From positions 5,486-69,485 of the forward strand of contig DYIF01000006.1 in assembly GCA_020723765.1 (NCBI GenBank): DNA of 64,000 bases, given 5' to 3'. The notes under the pieces are model-generated. The model did no database searches, was not told the DNA's origin, and was given only the letters and a program-made list of their open reading frames with translations. A program made the position numbers and the translations under genes. Positions 48,487-57,810 of the stretch are shown here, in pieces. The number at the start of each line of letters is the position of its first letter. The stretch's first letter is position 1. The DNA comes from Elusimicrobium minutum (GTDB taxonomy: Bacteria; Elusimicrobiota; Elusimicrobia; Elusimicrobiales; UBA9959).

Positions 48487-50305
48487 TTGACTCTTTCCGC
48501 TTTATTTAGAATTTTTCTCGTATTTTATTATCAAAAATTCGGCCTGGATTTGTTTTTTTTGATAATCGCCGGCGTTATTCTCGATATCCCTATCGCTTCT
48601 TTCTTTTTCTGGATTTCCTCTTTGATTTATAAAATTTCATTTAAGTTAAAAAGCAAACGTGTTTTCTTTTTTTTGAATCTGATTTTGTCCTTCGGGCTAA
48701 TTTTTTTGTTTTTTACCGAGTATTTCTTTTTCGACGAGTTTAATTCCAGATTTAACTCAGTCGCCGTAGATTATCTTATTTATCCTACGGAGGTCTTTTT
48801 AAACATTTGGCAGAGCTATAATCTTGTTTTAATAGTTTCTATTTGTTTCTTGGTCGCTTTTTCGTTGACATATTTTTTGAATAAAAAGATTGGAATGAGA
48901 TTTGTCCAAACATATAAAAAAACCTCTTTTTATTCTTTTCTTTTGTTTTTGTTTCTAATTGTTATAATTCCTTTTAATGGATTTAACATTTCTTCGGATA
49001 GAATAAAAAACGAGATTTCAAAAAACGGAGTTCTTTCTTTTTTTTACGCGGCATATTACCATAATTTAGATTACGATTCCTTTTATTCAACCATAGCGGC
49101 AACCGAAGCCTTTGATATCGCGAGAAAAAAAGTGGTTTCCAAAGGAGAGGAGTTTACGAATAACATTCTAAACCCGATAGAAAGAAAGGTTTCTTATAAA
49201 GGCGAGGAGAAAAAATACAACGTAATGGTTTTTGTAATGGAAAGTTTCGGCTCGGATTTTGTTGGAGCTTTGGGAGCCAAAAAGGATTTTACCCCCGAGT
49301 TTAATAAGCTTTCGAAAGAAGGTATTTTGTTTACGAATATTTACTCGATAGGCAACAGAACTGTAAGAGGACTTGAAGGAATTTTGACCGGGTTTGTTCC
49401 TCTTCCGAGCGAATCTCTGGTTAAGATGAAGTTTTCGGATAACATAAAAACGCTTCCTCAGATATTAAAAGCAAAAGGATATTACAATTATTTTGTTTAC
49501 GGAGGAAGAGGGATATTCGATAATATGAAGCCTTTCGCCATGAGATACGGTTTCGACGAGTTTATAGAGCAGAAGGACTATAAAAACCCGGTTTTTAAAA
49601 CGATATGGGGGGTTTGCGACGAAGAAATATTCAATATGAGTTTGAAAAAAGCTAAAGAATCTTATGAAAAAAATAAAAAATTTTTTCATACTTTCGCTAT
49701 CGGTTTCAAATCATAAGCCTTATACATATCCCGAAGGAAGAATAGAGGAAGATCCTAAAAAAAAGAAAAGAGGACACGCTGTAAAATACTCGGATTGGGC
49801 GTTAGGCGATTTTTTTAAAAAAGCTAAAAAAGAAAAATTTTATAAAGATACCGTTTTTATAATAATCGCCGACCACGGCGCAAGAGTCTACGGAAGCCAG
49901 GAGATACCGATTAAATCTTACGAAATTCCTCTTCTTATAATAGCCCCCGGAGTCAAACCTTCTCTAAATAATAATTTGGGCTCTTCCACCGATATCCCTT
50001 CTACAATAATGGACATTTTGAATATAAGTTATGTTTCGCCTTTTTTTGGCAAATCGCTTTTAAGCGGAGAGAAAAACAGGTGGGTATGTTTAAATCACAA
50101 TAGGAACGTAGGTTATTACGACGGCAAAAACTTGATAGTTTTAGGGCTTAATAAAAATAATTATTACTATGAAGAAAAAGAAAAAAGCAAAATAGAAAGG
50201 ATAGATTTTAAAAAAGATAATTTAGATTTGATTAAAAAAGAAAAAGAAGCTATATCTTTATTTCAAACCGCCTGGGAGATTTATAAAAAAGGTATCAAGA
50301 ACTAA
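48487..50305 (+). pseudogene. LtaS/sulfatase-family phosphoglycerol(ethanolamine)-transferase-like gene interrupted by a +1 frameshift
   Basis: ORF 48487-49716 holds the 5-TM N-domain plus the sulfatase start (VMESFGSDF, IGNRTVRG). ORF 49664-50305 holds the rest (SVSNHKPY, IADHGAR). The frames join at the A6T6 run at 49675-49686. Removing one T gives ...EKNKKFFILSLSVSNHKPY. Confidence 0.7.
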
Positions 50306-50562
50306 TTGCCGGTTTTAATGTTTTTACCTACAAAGATTATATCGGAATTTATTATTACTGCGTTGAAATATTTCGAAAGTATGGAGTCGGGATGCGGTAT
50401 AATCGAAACTACGCCGAAAGACCAGCTTACGTATCTGATTTCCTCGTTGGTTATGTAAATAAAAAAATCGTTTTCCTTCCACACCACCGCGTTGTCCCAC
50501 GGAATTTCCGCGGTGTTTTTTGTTTTTTTAAACTCTATGAATTTTTCTATGAAAGGCTCCAT
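50302..50562 (-). CDS. Hypothetical protein
   Basis: 86-aa ORF, convergent with the LtaS-like gene (4-nt overlap). No motif recognised. Confidence 0.35.
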   Translation of the reverse strand: MEPFIEKFIEFKKTKNTAEIPWDNAVVWKENDFFIYITNEEIRYVSWSFGVVSIIPHPDSILSKYFNAVIINSDIIFVGKNIKTGN

Positions 50563-50577
50563 ATCTCCTCTTTGAAA

Positions 50578-50916
50578 ATACAGGATAGTACCCCGGATTC
50601 TGTTCCAAGACGATCATTTCTCTAAGCGGACCACCCTGCTTTTGCGTATATCTCTATACGCGCCCGGGAAAGGCATAAAGCATGCTTGTCCTTGCTCCCC
50701 GCGCGGCTTGCCAGACGCTACGTCTCCGTATCGCCGGTGAGCTCTTACCTCGCCTTTTCACCCTTACCGCCGTCTCCGGCGGCGGTATATTTTCTGTTGC
50801 GCTTTCGATTATATGCGGCTTTCGCCGCATATATCCGTTCTTGCGAACGGCGCGGCTCCCTATGGAGTCCGGAGGTTCCTCTTCGGTTTTTGCCGAAGCG
50901 ATCGCCCTTCCTGTTT
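50578..50916 (-). ncRNA. rnpB: RNase P RNA, bacterial type A
   Basis: The minus strand reads GAGGAACCUCCGGACUCCAUAGGG, GCAACAGAAAA, GGUAAGGGUGAAAAGGCGAGGUAAGAGCUCACC, GGAGCAAGG and ACAGAAUCCGGGGUA. These match universally conserved RNase P RNA blocks in the correct order. P1 is ACAGGA.../...UCCUGU. Ends are +/-5 nt. Confidence 0.9.
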
Positions 50917-51412
50917 AAAAAAGATCTTGTTGGGAAAATTTGTTTTCCCTTTCTTTTTGTAATTTTTTCTGGTCTTCTTTGTTAAGTTTTTTGGATTTTA
51001 TCAATTTGTTTACGAATGAGTCGGCTATTTTGTTTTTTTCTCTCGGTATGTGTACTATTTCCACCGAATCGAAGTTTTTTACTTCTTTTTTTATTACTAT
51101 CATCAGTTCTTTTAGCTTTTCATCTTTTATTTTGTACTCTCCGTTAAATTGTTTTACCAAAAGTTCGGAGTCTGAAAAGATTTTCAATTTTTTCGCGTTG
51201 TATCTTTTAGCCACCGTCAGGGCCAGATGAAGAGAAGAATATTCGGCGAAATTATTCGTGCATATGCCCAACACCCTTCCTTCTTCGGCTATTATCTCGT
51301 TTTTTTCGTTTAGAAACACCGCCGCGCATGCCCCTTCTCCCGGGTTTCCTTTTGAGGCCCCGTCTATGTGTATAGTTAAATTTTTTACTTCGAATTTTTT
51401 TCTCTTTTCCAT
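50915..51412 (-). CDS. rnhA: Ribonuclease HI
   Basis: IHIDGASKGNPG, NNFAEY, FSDSELLV and REKNKIAD (DEDD set), with a Lys-rich C-terminal tail. Confidence 0.85.
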   Translation of the reverse strand: MEKRKKFEVKNLTIHIDGASKGNPGEGACAAVFLNEKNEIIAEEGRVLGICTNNFAEYSSLHLALTVAKRYNAKKLKIFSDSELLVKQFNGEYKIKDEKLKELMIVIKKEVKNFDSVEIVHIPREKNKIADSFVNKLIKSKKLNKEDQKKLQKERENKFSQQDLF

Positions 51413-51413
51413 C

Positions 51414-52166
51414 TTAACCCCTGTAATAAACGAGTCTCGAGCAATTCTGGCAGATTATAAAAGTATTAAATTTTTTAACCGAAGAGGCGTCGGAAGACGT
51501 AAGTTTTACGTTGCATCCGGAACAGAAATACTCTTCGGGGCTTGATTTTAACGTTTCGTTTCTTTTAATGTTTATCTTAACCGCGGCCAGCCCGTTTTTG
51601 TTTTTAAATAAAGTTTCTATTCTTTTTTTAACCGACTCGTCTTTTATTTCGTTTTTTATCGTATTTTCTCTGGATATCAACTCTTCCAGATATATTTTGG
51701 TTTTTTTAATTTCCGATTCTTTATCCGAAACGATTTTGTTGGCTTCCAGTTCTTCTTCGTTAATCTTTTTTTTCGTTTCGAATATCGATTTGTCGAGCTT
51801 TTCTATCGATTCTATAATCTCCAATATTTTGTTCTCTATATCGTCTTTCTTGCTCTTTAAGTTTTCTATTTCGATTAAAAGAGCCTTGAATTCTTCGTTT
51901 TTTTTAACCTGATTTAACTCTATTTGATGTTTTTTGATGGATTCTTCGCACTGGTACAAATCGTTTTCTAAGTTTTTCCTTTCTACGGAAAGTTTTTTTC
52001 TTTCCTCTTCTATTTCTTTAAATTCTTCCTTTTTGGCTGAGATGTCGGATTTGACTTCTTCTATTTCCATTTCTAAGTTTTTTATTTTTTTATGTTCTTC
52101 TCTTATTATGCTCTCAAGCTCCTGCCACATTATTATTTTTTCAAAATCCGGGGAGGTTATTTCCAT
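51414..52166 (-). CDS. Coiled-coil C4 zinc-ribbon protein (COG1579/zf-RING_7 type)
   Basis: About 200 aa of heptad-like E/K-rich coiled coil, then CSGCNVKL...CQNCSRLVYY. Confidence 0.7.
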   Translation of the reverse strand: MEITSPDFEKIIMWQELESIIREEHKKIKNLEMEIEEVKSDISAKKEEFKEIEEERKKLSVERKNLENDLYQCEESIKKHQIELNQVKKNEEFKALLIEIENLKSKKDDIENKILEIIESIEKLDKSIFETKKKINEEELEANKIVSDKESEIKKTKIYLEELISRENTIKNEIKDESVKKRIETLFKNKNGLAAVKINIKRNETLKSSPEEYFCSGCNVKLTSSDASSVKKFNTFIICQNCSRLVYYRG

Positions 52167-52273
52167 AATAAAATATTATAACATAATTGATTTGAGTTTA
52201 TTAATATTGTAAAATTATAATATTATAAATTAAAAAACGAGGTAAAACCTCTAATTTTTTTCAGGAGGAATTT

Positions 52274-53470
52274 ATGTCAAAAGCTAAGTTTGAAAGGACG
52301 AAACCGCACGTGAACGTAGGAACTATAGGGCACGTGGACCATGGGAAGACTACATTAACTGCCGCTATAACGAAGGTATTATCAAAGAAAGGGCGAGCGA
52401 AGGAGATGCAGTACGCCGAGATAGCGAAGGGCGGAGTGGTGAGAGACTCCTCAAAGATTTTGACTGTGGCTGTAAGCCATGTTGAGTACGAGACCGATAA
52501 CAGGCATTATGCGCATATAGACTGTCCGGGACATGCGGACTACATAAAGAACATGATAACCGGGGCTGCGCAGATGGACGGAGCGATATTGGTGGTAAGC
52601 GCTGCAGATGGGCCGATGCCTCAAACGAGGGAGCACGTATTACTTGCAAGACAAGTAAACGTACCGAACTTAGTGGTATTTTTAAACAAATCCGATCTTG
52701 TAGACGATAAAGAGCTTTTGGACTTAGTTGAAGTGGAAATAAGGGACTTATTAAAGAAATACGAGTTTGACGGGGACAAGATAACGATAGTAAGGGGAAG
52801 CGCGTTAAAGGCGTTGGAAGGCGATCAGGGCGAGTATGGAGAGCCTGCGATAATGAAGCTAATGGAAGCTTTGGACAAGAATATTCCCGAACCCAAGAGA
52901 GAGACGGACAAACCGTTCTTAATGGCGGTTGAAGACGTATTTTCTATAACCGGAAGAGGAACGGTGGCTACCGGAAGGGTAGAAAGGGGTAAGATAAAAG
53001 TAGGCGATGCTGTTGAGATAATCGGATTTGGAAAGACATATCAGTCCGTTGCTACGGGACTTGAAATGTTTAGAAAGCTCTTGGACGACGCTATGGCCGG
53101 CGACAACATAGGAATGCTTTTAAGGGGAATCGAGAAAGACCAGGTGGAAAGAGGAATGGTCATAGCCGCACCGAAGAGCGTAACGCCGCATAAGAAATTT
53201 AAAGCGGAAGTGTACGTATTGACTAAAGACGAAGGCGGAAGACATACGCCGTTTTTCAAAGGATACAAACCGCAGTTTTATTTCAGGACTACTGACGTGA
53301 CCGGTACGGTGGAGTTAAAGCCCGGTGTAGAGATGGTAATGCCCGGGGATCATACCGAGATAAATGTGGAGTTGATAACGCCGATAGCTATGGAGAAGGG
53401 ATTAAGGTTTGCTATAAGAGAAGGCGGATGCACTATAGGTGCCGGCGTAGTAACAGATATAGTGGAGTAA
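52274..53470 (+). CDS. tuf: Elongation factor Tu
   Basis: [18 protein letters not shown] and NKSDLV motifs with full-length collinearity. AGGAGG SD. Confidence 0.98.
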   Translation: MSKAKFERTKPHVNVGTIGHVDHGKTTLTAAITKVLSKKGRAKEMQYAEIAKGGVVRDSSKILTVAVSHVEYETDNRHYAHIDCPGHADYIKNMITGAAQMDGAILVVSAADGPMPQTREHVLLARQVNVPNLVVFLNKSDLVDDKELLDLVEVEIRDLLKKYEFDGDKITIVRGSALKALEGDQGEYGEPAIMKLMEALDKNIPEPKRETDKPFLMAVEDVFSITGRGTVATGRVERGKIKVGDAVEIIGFGKTYQSVATGLEMFRKLLDDAMAGDNIGMLLRGIEKDQVERGMVIAAPKSVTPHKKFKAEVYVLTKDEGGRHTPFFKGYKPQFYFRTTDVTGTVELKPGVEMVMPGDHTEINVELITPIAMEKGLRFAIREGGCTIGAGVVTDIVE

Positions 53471-53480
53471 TAGAGGAATT

Positions 53481-53645
53481 ATGGCATCTTCAGAAAGAGT
53501 AGTTTATTCGCTTGTTTGCACGCAGTGTAAGAATAAAAATTATTACTATGCGAGAAACGATAAAAAAAGAGAATATAAAGTTGAAGTAAAAAAGTATTGC
53601 AAAGCTTGCGACAAGCATACGGTTCATAAAGAAGGAAAATCTTGA
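53481..53645 (+). CDS. rpmG: 50S ribosomal protein L33
   Basis: Not in the ORF track (54 aa). My translation is MASSERVVYSLVCTQCKNKNYYYARNDKKREYKVEVKKYCKACDKHTVHKEGKS*. It has two CxxC pairs and the canonical position between tuf and tRNA-Trp/secE. Confidence 0.85.
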   Translation: MASSERVVYSLVCTQCKNKNYYYARNDKKREYKVEVKKYCKACDKHTVHKEGKS

Positions 53646-53650
53646 GTAAA

Positions 53651-53722
53651 GGGAGCGTCGGTTAACTGGTAAACCAGCGGTCTCCAAAACCGCGACTGAG
53701 GGTTCGAGTCCTTCCGCTCCCG
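53651..53722 (+). tRNA. tRNA-Trp (anticodon CCA)
   Basis: Hand-folded cloverleaf: acceptor GGGAGCG/CGCTCCC, D-arm GGTT-AACTGGTA-AACC, anticodon arm GCGGT-CTCCAAA-ACCGC, T-arm GAGGG-TTCGAGT-CCTTC. No encoded CCA. Confidence 0.9.
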
Positions 53723-53754
53723 TAAGTTTACGAGAAACAGCGGTAAGCTGTTTC
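53706..53754 (+). repeat. 49-nt direct repeat, copy 1 (last 17 nt of tRNA-Trp plus 32 nt downstream)
   Basis: GAGTCCTTCCGCTCCCGTAAGTTTACGAGAAACAGCGGTAAGCTGTTTC. Contains the hairpin GAAACAGC-GGTAA-GCTGTTTC (53734-53754). Confidence 0.95.
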
Positions 53755-53850
53755 GTAGGACTCGAAAGCCCGCAGCAAAACTTGGGCTTTTAGGTTTTGC
53801 GAGGGGCGGCCCGCGAAAAAATTTTCGGTGAGAAAATTTTATTTGTGGGA

Positions 53851-53899
53851 GAGTCCTTCCGCTCCCGTAAGTTTACGAGAAACAGCGGTAAGCTGTTTC
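53851..53899 (+). repeat. 49-nt direct repeat, copy 2 (orphan tRNA-Trp 3' fragment plus hairpin)
   Basis: Identical 49-mer 145 bp downstream of copy 1. Weaker similarity continues about 25 nt further (..GAAAGCCCGCA..). Confidence 0.95.
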
Positions 53900-54000
53900 C
53901 AAGGGCCGAAAAGCCCGCAAACACTGGAATAACGGAATACCGGGCGGTCTGTTAAAAAGAGATTTTCTTATTCTCTTTAAATTTGGTATAATTGAATATT

Positions 54001-54210
54001 ATGGATAAAATTATAAATCTACCTAAAAATCTTGTGGAGTTTATAAAAGAGGCTTATGCCGAGCTAAAAAAAGTAACCTGGCTTAGCAGACAGGACGTCG
54101 TAAGAGCCACAGCCGGCGTTTTTATGGTCGTGATATTTTTCGCCCTTTATGTCGGACTTCTCGACTTTTTGATAAGCAAACTTGTCGCGCTTTTTATCGG
54201 CGCAAGATAA
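54001..54210 (+). CDS. secE: Preprotein translocase subunit SecE
   Basis: FIKEAYAELKKVTW(L/P)SRQDVVRAT followed by a single TM segment. TATAAT at 53986-53991 lies upstream. Confidence 0.85.
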   Translation: MDKIINLPKNLVEFIKEAYAELKKVTWLSRQDVVRATAGVFMVVIFFALYVGLLDFLISKLVALFIGAR

Positions 54211-54225
54211 TTTTAAGGAGCTAAA

Positions 54226-54753
54226 ATGGCTTACAAATGGTATGTTTTAAACATAAGAACAGGTTATGAGGATAAAGTCAGAGAATCTATAGTTTCCAAA
54301 AAAGAAAATAACGAGCTTCCTCAAGAAGTGGACGTTTTGATTCCGACCGAAAATGTAATGACGGTTAAAAATAACAAAAAAGAAGTAAGGAAGAGAAAAT
54401 TTTTCCCGGGTTATCTTTTGGTTTATTTGGATTTAAACGAAGATACTTATTGGAAAATAAAAACAATAACCGGCGTAAGCGGATTTTTAGGCGGCGAAAC
54501 GCCGACTCCTCTAACCGAGGAAGACGTTCAGAGCTTGATGAATAAAATAGACGAAACGAGCAAAGAAAATCCAAAGCCGGCGGTAGATTTTTATAAAGGA
54601 GAAATGGTAAGGATAACCGAGGGTCCGTTTAAACATTTTACGGGAGTTGTGGAAGAGGTTAACCTTCAAAAATCTAAACTTCTCGTTGTTGTTACCATAT
54701 TCGATAGACCTACCCCTGTGGAATTGGATTTCTTGCAGGTAGAAAAGGTTTAA
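54226..54753 (+). CDS. nusG: Transcription termination/antitermination factor NusG
   Basis: KWYVLNIRTGYE, FPGYLLV and a KOW motif (GEMVRITEGPFKHFTGVVEEV). Confidence 0.95.
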   Translation: MAYKWYVLNIRTGYEDKVRESIVSKKENNELPQEVDVLIPTENVMTVKNNKKEVRKRKFFPGYLLVYLDLNEDTYWKIKTITGVSGFLGGETPTPLTEEDVQSLMNKIDETSKENPKPAVDFYKGEMVRITEGPFKHFTGVVEEVNLQKSKLLVVVTIFDRPTPVELDFLQVEKV

Positions 54754-54766
54754 ATAAGGAGATATT

Positions 54767-55201
54767 ATGGCACCAGTAAAGAAAGTAAAAGTTCAGATAA
54801 AACTTCAGGTCCCGGCGGGACAAGCTAATCCCGCTCCGCCGATAGGCCCCGCGCTTGGTCAGCACGGCGTTAACATAATGGATTTCTGTAAGCAGTTCAA
54901 CGAAAAAACGAAAAAGTTGGAACAAGGAATGCCCATACCCGTCGTTATAACGGTTTATGAAGATAGAAGTTTTACCTTTATAACAAAAATGCCGCCGATG
55001 TCGGCTCTTATAAGAAAAGCTTGCGGAATAGCCAAGGGTTCCGGCCAGCCGAATAAAAATAAGGTTGGCAAATTGACAAGAAAACAGCTTGAAGATATAG
55101 CGAAAGAGAAATTGCCCGACCTTAACACCAAAGACATAAATCAGGCGATAGAGATGGTGAAAGGAACCGCAAGAAGCATGGGCGTGGATATAGCGGAGTA
55201 A
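54767..55201 (+). CDS. rplK: 50S ribosomal protein L11
   Basis: [29 protein letters not shown] is canonical L11. Confidence 0.97.
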   Translation: MAPVKKVKVQIKLQVPAGQANPAPPIGPALGQHGVNIMDFCKQFNEKTKKLEQGMPIPVVITVYEDRSFTFITKMPPMSALIRKACGIAKGSGQPNKNKVGKLTRKQLEDIAKEKLPDLNTKDINQAIEMVKGTARSMGVDIAE

Positions 55202-55251
55202 AAAAGTTTTTGAGGGAGTCTAATAGACGTTTGTACCTCAAGGAGGAATAA

Positions 55252-55935
55252 ATGGGAAAAAGGATAGAAAACATAAAAAAAGGTCTGGACCTTGAAAAGA
55301 AATATACCGTTGAGGAAGCGGTTAAGCTATTGAAAGAAAAAGCAAACGCTAAGTTTGACGAGACCATAGAGCTGCATGTTAAATTGGGAATAGACCCCAA
55401 GAAAGCGGACCAGAACGTAAGAGGAACGACTCCTCTTCCTCACGGGACCGGCAAAAAAATAAGAGTAGCCGTAATAGCGAAAGGCGAAAAGCTTATGGAA
55501 GCAAAGGAGAGCGGCGCGGATATAGTCGGCTCTACCGAGCTTATAGACGAAATATCCAAAGGCAAAATAGATTTCGACGTTCTCGTGGTAACTCCGGATT
55601 TGATGAAAGATGTTGCCAAATTGGGTAAGGTTTTGGGTCCGAAAGGCTTAATGCCCAATCCTAAAACAGGTACGGTTACGTTCGAAATAGGAGCGGTGGT
55701 GAAAGAGATAAAAGCCGGAAGAGTAGAATTTAAAAACGACGCTTACGGAATAATACATGTGGGATGCGGGAAAAAATCTTTTTCAGAAAACGCGCTTGTC
55801 GAAAACGTAAAAACCGTAATAGACGCCATAATAAAGGCAAAACCCTCCACATCGAAAGGCAAATACATAAATTCCGTTTATCTTTCTTCCACGATGGGCC
55901 CCGGGCTTTGTCTTAAAATAGAACAGGAAATATAG
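55252..55935 (+). CDS. rplA: 50S ribosomal protein L1
   Basis: FDETIELHVKLGIDPKKADQNVRGT..LPHGTGK is canonical L1. Confidence 0.97.
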   Translation: MGKRIENIKKGLDLEKKYTVEEAVKLLKEKANAKFDETIELHVKLGIDPKKADQNVRGTTPLPHGTGKKIRVAVIAKGEKLMEAKESGADIVGSTELIDEISKGKIDFDVLVVTPDLMKDVAKLGKVLGPKGLMPNPKTGTVTFEIGAVVKEIKAGRVEFKNDAYGIIHVGCGKKSFSENALVENVKTVIDAIIKAKPSTSKGKYINSVYLSSTMGPGLCLKIEQEI

Positions 55936-55960
55936 TTTATAATATAAAGCCTTTTAATTT

Positions 55961-56000
55961 AAATCCCGCTTTGTTAAATCGAAGCGGGATTTTTATTTTA
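55961..56000 (+). terminator. Rho-independent terminator after rplA
   Basis: 11-bp stem AAATCCCGCTT/AAGCGGGATTT, 10-nt loop, then TTATTTT. Confidence 0.8.
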
Positions 56001-56032
56001 AACCGGATGATTATTTTAGTAAAATAGTAATT

Positions 56033-56800
56033 ATGAGAAGATTGATTCTTTTCTTTGTTTTTTTAATTCCTTTTAGCCTTTTTTCGATAGAAATATCGCT
56101 TGAGGAAAACAAAGCGGAAAGCGGAACGGTGGGGTATGTCGACATAGTAAAAATTTTTAACAGATTCGCCGTGGATTACAAGAAAGGTTTCGATAAGGCG
56201 GTTGGCGAGAAGCAAAAAATAGTGGACGATAGAAAAGTGGAGCTAAATTTTTTTAAAGCCCAGAAGGAAAAATTGAATTTTGAGTATCAAATAGCCAAAA
56301 TGTATGAGGACTACAATAAAGCTTTAGCCGCGGTTTTGGCCCAATCCTCCGATGTTTCTACAAGTACCGCCGTATCCAATTCCACCGATACGGTTTTAGA
56401 GTCGGTAAAATCTTCTTCCGAAACGGTTTCCGTTTCTACCGAACAAAAAAATATTGAGGCCCCTTATATAATTATGCCAGGAGTCGGAAAAATTACTCTA
56501 TCCAATTATAAATTTTCGTTTTCTTCATCCACGGTAGAGATAGAAAAAGAGATATCCAACTTAGACAAAAAAATATCGGATATAGAAAAAAATTTATCGG
56601 AACTTAAATCGAAATTCGACGATGAACTTTCCAAAAAAGCCGCCAAAGATAACGAATATGTTTTAAAGAAAATATATAACGCCATAGAAGAAGTCGCAAA
56701 GTCCGAAGGTGTTAGCGTTGTGGTGGATAAAAAGAACATACTTTTCGGGAGAAAGACCGTAGACCTTACCGATAAGGTAATCAAAAAACTGGAAGAGTAA
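56033..56800 (+). CDS. skp: OmpH/Skp-like periplasmic chaperone
   Basis: Signal peptide, coiled-coil core and the C-terminal [10 protein letters not shown]...[10 protein letters not shown] pattern. Position upstream of lpxD is typical. Contains a Ser/Thr-rich insert. Confidence 0.65.
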   Translation: MRRLILFFVFLIPFSLFSIEISLEENKAESGTVGYVDIVKIFNRFAVDYKKGFDKAVGEKQKIVDDRKVELNFFKAQKEKLNFEYQIAKMYEDYNKALAAVLAQSSDVSTSTAVSNSTDTVLESVKSSSETVSVSTEQKNIEAPYIIMPGVGKITLSNYKFSFSSSTVEIEKEISNLDKKISDIEKNLSELKSKFDDELSKKAAKDNEYVLKKIYNAIEEVAKSEGVSVVVDKKNILFGRKTVDLTDKVIKKLEE

Positions 56801-56802
56801 AA

Positions 56803-57810
56803 ATGAATTTAAAGGTTAAAGAGATATCTTCGTTTTTGGGGCTAAAATTTGTCGGTAACGGGGAAAAGACTATAAAAAGAATATCTTCTTTGGAAAATTC
56901 TGACCAAGACAGCATAGTATTTTTGGAAAAAAAAGATTTTAAAATATTGAAGGCCGGATGCGTAATTTGCAAAGAAGATAGCGAGATTTTATCCGGGGTT
57001 GAATCCGCCATAATATCTCCAAATCCGAAGCTCGATTTTTTTAGGCTTGTTTCGTATATTCAAAAAGAAAGAAAGGGTTTAGTAAAGCCGAAGATATCCG
57101 AAAAAGCTTCAATTTCTAAAAACTCAAAAGTTTCCGAAACCGCTTATATAGGAGACTTCGTTACGGTAGAAGACGGCGTGGTAATAGAAGACGGAGCGGT
57201 TATATCGAACGGTTGTTTTATCGGGAAAAACTCAAAGATATCCAGCGGTACTTTTATTTATCCAAATGCGGTGGTAAGAGAAGATGTCATTATAGGCAAA
57301 AGGTGTATAATACATTCGGGCTCGATCATAGGAAGCGACGGGTTTGGTTATGTTAGAGAAAAAGATAAACACATTAAAATCCCTCATATAGGCGGAGTTA
57401 TAATAGGGGATGATGTGGAAATAGGGGCCGGGGTATGTATAGATAGGGGAACAATAGATAATACGATAATAGGGGATGGAACCAAAATCGATAATTTGGT
57501 TCACATAGCTCATAACGTAAAAGTGGGAAAGAATTGCCTTATACTCGCTCAAGCCGGTATATCCGGTTCCAGCATAATAGAGGATAACGTTACCATAGCC
57601 GGCCAGGCAGGGCTTTCCGATCATATAAGAATAGGAGAAAATTCCATAATAATGGCTCAAAGCGGAGTAATAGGAGATATAGAAAAAAATAAAATAGTCT
57701 TTGGAACTCCCGCAAGAGACCGCGGTGAGTATATGAGGATACAGGCGACGCTTTCAAAGCTTCCCGAGATTTATAAGTATTTCTTTAAAAAAATTAAAAA
57801 TGAAAAATAA
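56803..57810 (+). CDS. lpxD: UDP-3-O-acylglucosamine N-acyltransferase
   Basis: Left-handed beta-helix hexapeptide repeats, HIAHNVKVG, and an LpxD N-domain. Confidence 0.9.
   Translation: MNLKVKEISSFLGLKFVGNGEKTIKRISSLENSDQDSIVFLEKKDFKILKAGCVICKEDSEILSGVESAIISPNPKLDFFRLVSYIQKERKGLVKPKISEKASISKNSKVSETAYIGDFVTVEDGVVIEDGAVISNGCFIGKNSKISSGTFIYPNAVVREDVIIGKRCIIHSGSIIGSDGFGYVREKDKHIKIPHIGGVIIGDDVEIGAGVCIDRGTIDNTIIGDGTKIDNLVHIAHNVKVGKNCLILAQAGISGSSIIEDNVTIAGQAGLSDHIRIGENSIIMAQSGVIGDIEKNKIVFGTPARDRGEYMRIQATLSKLPEIYKYFFKKIKNEK

Noticed and set aside
50682-50985. Two + strand ORFs (78 and 99 aa) in the only strongly GC-rich patch of this region.
   Set aside because: The patch is the reverse complement of RNase P RNA. 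The open frames are a by-product of the GC-rich structured RNA gene.
52237-52262. Short hairpin GAGGT-AAA-ACCTC plus T-run in the tuf 5' region, considered as an attenuator.
   Set aside because: The stem is only 5 bp and AT-rich sequence surrounds it, so the evidence is insufficient.
53706-53899. Possible CRISPR or tandem-repeat array, suggested by identical 49-nt repeats with a hairpin.
   Set aside because: There are only two copies. The repeat begins inside tRNA-Trp, the spacer is partly homologous to the repeat flank, and no cas genes are present. I interpret it as an att-like or tandem duplication.
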